A DNA stretch of 64,000 bases from positions 96,001 to 160,000 of the IMG/VR virus record IMGVR_UViG_3300033074_000233; one strand, 5' to 3'. The notes under the pieces were generated by a model. The model was given only the letters and a program-made list of their open reading frames with translations, made no database searches and had not been told where the DNA came from. Shown piece by piece: positions 56,563 to 64,000 of this stretch; positions within the stretch are counted from its first letter, which is position 1; every line of letters begins with the position of its first letter. The translations under genes were made by a program, and so were the position numbers. The DNA comes from a virus. Taxonomy: Duplodnaviria; Caudoviricetes.

Positions 56563-57408
56563 ATGACAACCCCGCACTGGTACGTAGATACCTACATTCT
56601 GGAAGGCAAGCCTGAGGCCTTTGACAAGATTCGCAAGGCTCTTGAGAACTATCAGACGACATACACAAAGTACATTCCATTTTCCGAAAGACAAGAGGGT
56701 CTGGACTCAGTATTCAATCCGTATCAGTTGAACCTTGTGTATGGAACGCACGGATTTGTTCGCAATATGCAGAACACCTTTGGTAAAGGTTCTATCAGTC
56801 CGTATATAACTGAATCCGAAATGGAGTGCACACATTACTATCCCAAGTTGCCTGCAGAGTGGCTGCTAAACGCAGGCTGCTTCTTTGTACCGTTCGGAAT
56901 GCTCGCTGCATCGGTTGCTACTTTTTGTGGTCATTCGGAAAAAATGTTTGTTCGTCCGAACTCTGGATTCAAGTCTTTTATTCCGACACAGATTGATACC
57001 ACGAGACAGTACAAAATTCAAGAGGGCGTCAAAGAAATAGCCGATAAGTATCAGGTAACTCCAGACACTTTATGTCTGGTTGCTTACCCTCGGGAACTTT
57101 CCTTTGAGATTAGATACGTTATCGTAGACCGTGAAGTTGTCTCCGCTTCTTACTACCGTCTTAACGGAAAACACTATTTAAAGGAATGCTTGGAAGTAGG
57201 ACCTTATGAGGCCAAACGGCTAGCCGAAAGGATGGCAGCGCATGCCTGGCAACCAGATGTGGCCTATATGTGTGACATTGCACTGACATACCCTGGACTC
57301 TGTAAAATAGTAGAGTTGAACGCCTTCTGTTGTGCTGGTCTTTATGAATGCGACTACGACAAGGTTTTCAAGGCCGTTACCGAAGCCTATATGCGGAGAG
57401 AGGCATGA
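56563..57408 (+). CDS. ATP-grasp domain protein (DUF4343/R2K-like)
   Basis: MFVRPNSGFKSF, EIRYVIV, CDIA...IVELN. Confidence 0.7.
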   Translation: MTTPHWYVDTYILEGKPEAFDKIRKALENYQTTYTKYIPFSERQEGLDSVFNPYQLNLVYGTHGFVRNMQNTFGKGSISPYITESEMECTHYYPKLPAEWLLNAGCFFVPFGMLAASVATFCGHSEKMFVRPNSGFKSFIPTQIDTTRQYKIQEGVKEIADKYQVTPDTLCLVAYPRELSFEIRYVIVDREVVSASYYRLNGKHYLKECLEVGPYEAKRLAERMAAHAWQPDVAYMCDIALTYPGLCKIVELNAFCCAGLYECDYDKVFKAVTEAYMRREA

Positions 57409-57959
57409 ACTATCTGACCGATCCAGAAGGTTCCAACCACAAGGTTGATACTGACACCCACGTTTTCTTTTATGAGCAGGACTTTTACGTTCTCTCGAAC
57501 TTCTCCTCGTTTGAGGTATTCTGGCCATACGTAAGGGATGACGATTACATTACTATGTGGCATAAGACCTCAGAGCATCTGTACCACTTCCTTAAGTTTT
57601 GGTTCCACATGAGTACCAAGCAACAAAAAGAAGTTGCCTTGAAGATATACCACGCAAGGTCAGCGCACGACGCCTTCAATATAGCACAGACTTACAAAGG
57701 TCTACGTCGTCCTGATTGGGACAGTGTAAAATTCGTCAACATGAAACAGATCCTAATTGAAAAGGTCAAGTGCCACGAATACGTGAGGCGTAAACTCCTT
57801 CAGACAGGTGATCGTATCCTTGTGGAAGATTCCTGGCGCGATGATGTTTGGGGCTGGGGTCCAAACAAAGACGGACAGAACATGCTTGGCAAACTCTGGA
57901 TGGAAGTACGCGAGGAAATTAGGCAGCAGGAGAGTCAGAATGGACAGCCAAAAGTTTAG
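57405..57959 (+). CDS. NADAR (YbiA-like) family protein
   Basis: LSNF, TSEH, RPDWDSVK, LLQTG...LVEDS..D..WG...GQNMLGKLWMEVR. Confidence 0.9.
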   Translation: MNYLTDPEGSNHKVDTDTHVFFYEQDFYVLSNFSSFEVFWPYVRDDDYITMWHKTSEHLYHFLKFWFHMSTKQQKEVALKIYHARSAHDAFNIAQTYKGLRRPDWDSVKFVNMKQILIEKVKCHEYVRRKLLQTGDRILVEDSWRDDVWGWGPNKDGQNMLGKLWMEVREEIRQQESQNGQPKV

Positions 57960-58720
57960 GTCATTGAGTGCTATTGCCTGGCCTGAGCCTTTCTTTATCA
58001 AAGCGTCTTACGAGATCAATTCGGACTTTTCTTTACGGCTAAGACCAAAAAGAAGAAGGTGGCTTAACAACGCGAGCCTTACCAAGAAGAACGTCACGCG
58101 AAAGATTTGGCGCGCAGAAAGACAGGCAATGAAACAAGCACAGGTTGACCTCTGCGCTGCCGAAGACAAACGATTCCTAGATATGTTTCTTAAAGGTGAT
58201 ATACATGCCCATTGAATGGTATTGGCCCAGACCTTCTTCGGGTCCTATTCCATGCACATGGAAATGCTATGACTCTCAAGGAAATCCTATATACATAAGT
58301 ATCATACGAGGATAACAGTCATGTACACAGTAAAGACCCTAGGCTGTACCTGCCCACCGAGCGCGCAAACCTGTTCCTGTGTAAGACATGCAATAATGTT
58401 GGACGGAAAAGAACTTATTGCTATGGGTCGAGAGCACGGACTCATCAATCAGATAGTAAACGCGGCCAATATGGGCTTAGAGACAATAGAGAAAGAAGTT
58501 AAGGCTCTGATTAAAGAACAAATGGAAGACGAATGAAACTTCTGTGGATATTCTTAACAGTTGTCGGGTGCTGGATAAGCAGTCACATTACGCCGTATGT
58601 CGTTGCGACGCAGGAATATCCAGCACATGTGGCTCATGCAGAAACACTGACAGTACGATCCCACGGACACAGTGAGCGTAATATACGGCGCTGGTCCAAG
58701 AAATTCAAGAGGAAAAAGTC

Positions 58721-59332
58721 ATGACCAATCTAACAAGTGAAACCAATGATGCCGACCCTACACCTGAGCCTGTCGTAGCACCACCTAACGATTCGATCCC
58801 TGAGACGGAAGTAGAAAATGATTGGGAGAATACCTGGATTTGTACTAAGGAAAACGGAGACTGGACGCAACATGACGGAGATCGTTTTGAGATTACCCCG
58901 TCAGGCGTAGCCCTTTTCTATCAAAAAGACCGACTTACGGGCGCCTCAAAAGATTACGAAGCCATTTTTCGCAAAGACCTCATTGATGTTGAGTGGTTAT
59001 ATGATAATGAAGTTGCACCTCGCCCGAAGCCTGAACCTACAAAGAAAGCCTTAGAGGTTGATATTAAACTGCCAGATATCAACAAATCATCAGTGCATCC
59101 AACAGACGCTGATGGTTTCTATTCCGTAACCGACTGTCTGCCTAAGAGATTGGCTGGCTTCTCGGGTATAGGTTATACAATGTTTGTCACGTTGAAGTAT
59201 GTGGATGGAAGAACGGAAACTGGAATCTTTCTCTCGGACAAACTAGTGTTCCAGCGCAGTCGTTTTTCATGGGCTCCTAATCTTGCCTTTGCCAAGACCT
59301 TAGATGAGGTTGTTGGCTGGAAGTACAGGTGA
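58721..59332 (+). CDS. Hypothetical protein
   Basis: GAGG RBS, 203 aa. Confidence 0.5.
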   Translation: MTNLTSETNDADPTPEPVVAPPNDSIPETEVENDWENTWICTKENGDWTQHDGDRFEITPSGVALFYQKDRLTGASKDYEAIFRKDLIDVEWLYDNEVAPRPKPEPTKKALEVDIKLPDINKSSVHPTDADGFYSVTDCLPKRLAGFSGIGYTMFVTLKYVDGRTETGIFLSDKLVFQRSRFSWAPNLAFAKTLDEVVGWKYR

Positions 59333-59453
59333 TTTATGCCCTATGATATGTCACAACATTTAGTGGGCTGGTCCTGTGATAAAAACAACCTCAGTCGAAA
59401 GCAAGCCGAAGTGATGTATCAGAAACTTAGGGCTACGATACGTGGAAGGAAAA

Positions 59454-60008
59454 ATGAACCTGCCAAATCTAACTAAGGAACAAGGACTCTTGTGGGGCAA
59501 GTCCTTAGTCTCGGATTCCAAGATTCTGGAGCAAGTAAACGTCCGTAGACTAATGATTGAACTGGAAAAGTTTGTGTCTGAGGCCCTGTCCAAAAAGTTG
59601 TTTGTAGATTCCAAGTTGGATCAACTAGGTATCTTCCAGCGACCTAGTATGCAGGAACAACTAGCCGAGTACGAAGGCTACTTGGACTTGACTATGCGTA
59701 AGGCCAAAGACGCAGGTTATATATCGGAGTTCACTCGCCACACAAAAGGGTTCGTGGAGTCCTTCATTCACAAGCGTGATGGCACAATCATTGTTATGTG
59801 GCACGACGGGTCCATACAGGAAATGTCCTCGTGGAAGTACAAGCCCCGACGTAAGGCACGTGTGTGGGCTAAACAAGCCAAGCGTTGCACTATAGGTTTC
59901 GACACTACGGTCAAGCCTGTAGTTTCTGTAAATTACGTCGAACTGAATCTTGTTCTCACCAAGCAAGGCGCAGACTTTAGTCAAACCAAAGGAGTTGAAC
60001 CATGTTAG
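59454..60008 (+). CDS. Stand-alone tail-sheath C-terminal-domain-like protein
   Basis: [12 protein letters not shown] and [24 protein letters not shown] resemble the gp18-type sheath C-terminus. Confidence 0.6.
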   Translation: MNLPNLTKEQGLLWGKSLVSDSKILEQVNVRRLMIELEKFVSEALSKKLFVDSKLDQLGIFQRPSMQEQLAEYEGYLDLTMRKAKDAGYISEFTRHTKGFVESFIHKRDGTIIVMWHDGSIQEMSSWKYKPRRKARVWAKQAKRCTIGFDTTVKPVVSVNYVELNLVLTKQGADFSQTKGVEPC

Positions 60009-60205
60009 TTCTTACAAGGCGTGTAGGCGAGAAAATCCGAATCGGCGACGACGTTGTTATCACACTGCTAGGTGTTCGAGGTAATCAATACAAGGTTGGC
60101 ATTGAAGCGCCAAACCACATTAAGGTTAACCGTGAGGAGATCTGGGAGCGTATACAGGAGTCCAAGCGTTTGAATGAGGAAGAAGAAAGCGACAACGCTG
60201 CATAA
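60002..60205 (+). CDS. csrA: Carbon storage regulator CsrA/RsmA
   Basis: [18 protein letters not shown]...VGIEAP...REEI. Confidence 0.95.
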   Translation: MLVLTRRVGEKIRIGDDVVITLLGVRGNQYKVGIEAPNHIKVNREEIWERIQESKRLNEEEESDNAA

Positions 60206-60231
60206 TCAATCACCTACAAAGGTAAATCAAA

Positions 60232-60558
60232 ATGAAAGCCTTAACACTGATCTTCGCTCTGGTATTCTCGGTAGCAGCAAATGCCGAGGGTGTGGTATTC
60301 AAGATAGTCTCTGACAACGGCTCCGTGTTTAACTTCCGGGATAGTACCTGTCCGAACTCAAACTTTTTTCGTGCCGTTGCTGTTGAACCGAACGGAAAAA
60401 TGCACTTGGGGTGTTACGTTGTTGATGACGAGGAAAGAGTCGTAGCCGTTGCCTGGCCAGGCGGCGTTGATGGTCTTAGGCAGTACAGTTTTGATAACGT
60501 CGAAGTAACCAAATACGGAGAACGCTACTTCGATCCTGCAACTATGGAGCGTCGATAA
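60232..60558 (+). CDS. Secreted/periplasmic hypothetical protein
   Basis: Sec signal peptide ending in ANA. Confidence 0.55.
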   Translation: MKALTLIFALVFSVAANAEGVVFKIVSDNGSVFNFRDSTCPNSNFFRAVAVEPNGKMHLGCYVVDDEERVVAVAWPGGVDGLRQYSFDNVEVTKYGERYFDPATMERR

Positions 60559-60763
60559 ATGACTCCTGAGGAAGATAGATACAGAAGGTACAAGGAGTTC
60601 AATCGGGATCGCTGGTCTAGTGCGGAACTTTATGCAGGCATCTTTGTCGTAGGCCTTATTACTTGTGGTGCCCTTTGGTGGCAATACTACAAGTTCTGCG
60701 AGTGTCGCCAAGTAGGCCACGGTATCCTGTATTGCTTAGCCAGTTTGTTTTAGGGAGGTTGGC

Positions 60764-61120
60764 ATGAACAGGAACAAACTGATTATCCAGTTGCAAAAAG
60801 AACTCAAGCAAATGAAATGGGCTGGTTGCTCAGGCGATCAAGCAATGGACGAACGCTGGGACGAAGCCATCGCTGCTGTCCAGAACCGTATCGAACAGTT
60901 ACTTTCACTGGACGCATTAGATACCGTGCGCGAGACTCTGATACCTATAGGTAACATTATACCTCCGTGTACTAGCCCTGAGCACAATCCACCAAGTCAA
61001 CTGTACGTTCCTCCTGATACCAATTATACCCACACTTGTCCATCATGTGGTGCTAAATCTACTCTGGGTACACCTATAATGTTTCTTGGCAAATCACTTG
61101 GTGGACTAGATGGCCCTTGA
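60764..61120 (+). CDS. Hypothetical protein
   Basis: GGAGG RBS; CPSC motif. Confidence 0.5.
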   Translation: MNRNKLIIQLQKELKQMKWAGCSGDQAMDERWDEAIAAVQNRIEQLLSLDALDTVRETLIPIGNIIPPCTSPEHNPPSQLYVPPDTNYTHTCPSCGAKSTLGTPIMFLGKSLGGLDGP

Positions 61121-61451
61121 TATAGAAAAGCCAACCTTCACGTACTTCGTCAAAGATAAACCTGAGTGGATCAAACTTGGTAAGTACGTCAACTGGCTGT
61201 TGAAAGAGCAGATTACAGGTGCGCCCGGTGTCTCTGGTACCTTTGCCTTGAAGATGTGTCCTGGTCCTGATGGATGTTTTCTCAGTGCCGACTTTTGGGC
61301 TTCACCTCTTGGTCAAGGTTATCAAACATCTATCACGGGTTATAAGGAACTGGACGTATGGCAGCGTTCTGTAAAGTATGCAGACGATTTACGCAAGCAA
61401 GCAATAAAATACATAGCCAAGACTGCCAAGAAAACCAAGAGGAAAAAATGA
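61110..61451 (+). CDS. Hypothetical protein
   Basis: Coupled ORF. Confidence 0.5.
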   Translation: MALDIEKPTFTYFVKDKPEWIKLGKYVNWLLKEQITGAPGVSGTFALKMCPGPDGCFLSADFWASPLGQGYQTSITGYKELDVWQRSVKYADDLRKQAIKYIAKTAKKTKRKK

Positions 61452-62614
61452 AACAAACTAGTGCTGTCACCACTTATGGTTCTGTGGAAATGCCCAATAG
61501 CATTAAAGACTTCCTAGATAGAGGAGGTGTTAGACGCCACACTCTATATAAAGAGCCTCACGACGAGGATGATATTCCAAACGCAAATCCAAAGAACAAA
61601 AAGATTGTTGTCCTGTATCACGATAAGTGCTGGGACGGAACAACGGCTGCTTGGTGTGCCTGGCTCAAGTTGAAACACTCTGCTGTTTATATTCCAGTGA
61701 ACTACAAGAAGCCTCTGCCTAATGTAGATTGGACGCGAGTGAAACAGGTTTACATTCTGGACTTCTCCTATAACCGTGAAGTCCTTGACGAACTCTATGC
61801 AGTAGTCAATGGCAACCTCGTTGTCCTCGATCACCACAAGACGGCCGCGAAAGAATTGAAAGACAGGCACTACGCTTGCTTCGCAAAGAACCTTTCCGGT
61901 GCTGGCATGTCGTGGATGTATTTCCATGAGAAGTTTACGCTGCTTGGCTTGTCTCGGTGCTCTCACCAAGGCTGGGGATCGAGCAAGGCCTCAGGCACAA
62001 TGCCGAAATTTGTTTACTTCGCCCAGGATTACGACTTGTGGAAGTTCAAGGATAAGGATACCAAAGCGTTCCGTGCTGCACAGGATATGTTTCCTCGCAC
62101 GATAGACACAATACAGAAGATACACGACGCTCGGGTTAACGGAACGAACCCGATGAACATGGACCAATTGATTAAAAAGGGCAAGTTCATCCTCGAACAG
62201 AAAACGAAGATGGTCAATGAAGCAGCCTCTACCGCTTTCAGAATGACCTTCCCAATTCCAGGTGTGAATGAGTCTGAGACACTACTTGCAGAAGGCTATG
62301 GTGTAATCTCCTCAAATCCGAGCATTACCTCTGATCTTGGCAACGTACTTGCAAAGCGCGCAGCGAAAGAAGGTCTGGGTGGCTACTCCGTTGTGTTCAG
62401 CCTAAACGGCAAGTCTATGCAAAGTGGTGAGGTCTTTCTGTCGATTCGATCCGTTAAGCACGTTGACATTTCGGACTTCGCTCTTGCTTATGGTGGAGGC
62501 GGTCATGCACAGGCTTCTGGCTGTACCTGGAACTACGCTTTCTTCCTGCAGTTCCTGGGTCACCTGGGCATAAAGGCCCTGGACAAACAAGATGAAAAGG
62601 TTAAGAGGAAGTAA
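61448..62614 (+). CDS. DHH/DHHA1 phosphoesterase (NrnB-like)
   Basis: YHDKCWDG, ILDFS, LDHH, SGA, DLW, GGGGH. Confidence 0.85.
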   Translation: MKQTSAVTTYGSVEMPNSIKDFLDRGGVRRHTLYKEPHDEDDIPNANPKNKKIVVLYHDKCWDGTTAAWCAWLKLKHSAVYIPVNYKKPLPNVDWTRVKQVYILDFSYNREVLDELYAVVNGNLVVLDHHKTAAKELKDRHYACFAKNLSGAGMSWMYFHEKFTLLGLSRCSHQGWGSSKASGTMPKFVYFAQDYDLWKFKDKDTKAFRAAQDMFPRTIDTIQKIHDARVNGTNPMNMDQLIKKGKFILEQKTKMVNEAASTAFRMTFPIPGVNESETLLAEGYGVISSNPSITSDLGNVLAKRAAKEGLGGYSVVFSLNGKSMQSGEVFLSIRSVKHVDISDFALAYGGGGHAQASGCTWNYAFFLQFLGHLGIKALDKQDEKVKRK

Positions 62615-62948
62615 GATACTTCGCAAAGGCTTCTGCGTGTTCTGTGGCTACAACGTAGTTCACACTGACACAATAATGCCTTCAAAGGAAAGAGAAACGC
62701 AATGCCTTCATTGCGGCTATCAAGAAACGTATTCTGTAAATAAAGATGAGAAGGACACAGGTGAAGGCGAAACGACCCAACTGGAAATATAGTTTGTCTG
62801 TGTCCTTGTTCAAGATATGTGCGGTGTTACTACTGGCCTCGTTTGCAACACCCGACGATTGGTCAACTAGCCTACAGTGTGCTTTCTTGACTCTGTTTAT
62901 TCCCGCTTTCGCTTTATACACCTATTACTACGACGAGGAGTCACGAAA

Positions 62949-63776
62949 ATGCAAATGACCAGTTTCGCCGAGCGCCTGATTGCGTTCAACGATATGTACC
63001 GCCTTCCGATCAGTCTGTCGCCGACGCTGAGTTGGGCACATGCTAGTAAGCACCCTCGTGGTAACAACACCGAAATTCCCAGCAGCGTTCAGGTTCACGA
63101 AGACTGGGCTGTTCAGGTCAACAACTTCTTCAACATTCTGCGTGAGGAACTTGGCGAACTGGACGACCTCCAAGAAATGTTTGACTCGGAGTCCGAAGCG
63201 GACGAGTTCGACATTCTCACGGCCATTGCTGACTGGCTGAGCGACATTGCCGTATACTCAATGTCTGAGGCTACCAAGTACGGCGTAGCGGACTACGTTC
63301 CGAACTTCATCTATACAGATCATGCCTCACTTGGAGTTGCCTACTCGGAACTCGACCAGATGGAAAGCGCGATCATGTCAGTAGGCGAAGGTCTGACGCA
63401 ACTGGTTGACTATCACGAAACGATCCTTGTTGGTCAGCCGTCAGCAAAGAACATGGCCAAGTTCCTTACGGCTCTTATCGCACGTTGCTTCCACGAGGCC
63501 GAGCACTTCGGCTTCAACCTGTATGACACTCTGGAAATCGTAATGGATTCCAATATGTCGAAACTGGGCGAAGACGGCAATCCGATCTATGACGAGCGTG
63601 GCAAAGTCAAGAAAGGCCCAGGCTACTGGAAGCCTGAGCCGAAGATTCGTGAGTACATCACGTCCTTGTTTGAATTGGATGATTCCGAAGACGAAGAACT
63701 GGAAGACGACGAGGAAGATGAAGACGAAGAAGATGACGACCTCGAAGTCGATGGTACTGAGGAGATTGAGAAATGA
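62949..63776 (+). CDS. MazG-like all-alpha NTP pyrophosphatase with acidic tail
   Basis: EELGEL...DWLSD; VMDSNMSK...DERGKVKKGPGYWKP. Confidence 0.75.
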   Translation: MQMTSFAERLIAFNDMYRLPISLSPTLSWAHASKHPRGNNTEIPSSVQVHEDWAVQVNNFFNILREELGELDDLQEMFDSESEADEFDILTAIADWLSDIAVYSMSEATKYGVADYVPNFIYTDHASLGVAYSELDQMESAIMSVGEGLTQLVDYHETILVGQPSAKNMAKFLTALIARCFHEAEHFGFNLYDTLEIVMDSNMSKLGEDGNPIYDERGKVKKGPGYWKPEPKIREYITSLFELDDSEDEELEDDEEDEDEEDDDLEVDGTEEIEK

Positions 63777-64000
63777 AACTGCCTACTGGTCAGACAATAA
63801 TGCCGCACCAGTTTAACGTAACCTTCAATGGAAATCCCGTTGAAGGTCTTACGGAATGGATTGACGATGTTTGCATCGACTACGTTGAACAGAAAATCGG
63901 CCTGTCTTTCCTGCTTGCTTATGACAAAGACCCCGATAACACACTGTCCCACCAGAAGTTAGTGGCTCTTATGTCTGTTCCAGAGACAACCATGGAAGTG

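Noticed and set aside
1-64000. Stop-codon reassignment
   Set aside because: Conserved genes are full length under the standard code and end in TAA, TGA or TAG; no suppressor tRNA seen

Overview
A gene-dense, almost entirely + strand segment of a large (jumbo-type) tailed dsDNA phage, probably a myophage of a proteobacterium (CsrA, spanin-like lysis genes). Layout: (1-7.8 kb) virion/lysis genes, including four basic proteins sharing an N-terminal MKHIE(T/Q)A motif; (7.8-32.7 kb) a replication/recombination/transcription block with primase, Cas4-like nuclease, sigma-70-like factor, SSB, RecA, SbcCD, DnaX and class II RNR, three inteins and one HNH gene; (33-64 kb) NAD-dependent ligase, nucleotide enzymes, tRNAs, RtcB, HU, CsrA, an ACP fusion, NADAR and many small ORFs. 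Strongest candidate system: a five-gene cluster at 10.9-15.1 kb (ParB-N, a C5-cytosine MTase whose motif X reads GRSVPP instead of GNSVPP, DUF1611/DgcN, an Asn-synthetase-like amide ligase, a CmoA-like carboxy-SAM synthase) that reads as a cytosine carboxymethylation and hypermodification pathway. Also notable: a tRNA-Arg split by an HNH cassette that carries a second, rearranged tRNA-Arg(UCU); a 118-nt tRNA-like RNA; a ~300-nt structured ncRNA; a recurrent TTCTGTAAA(G/T) candidate phage promoter; and stand-alone tail-sheath-like fragments. All calls are by-eye motif recognition; no searches were run.
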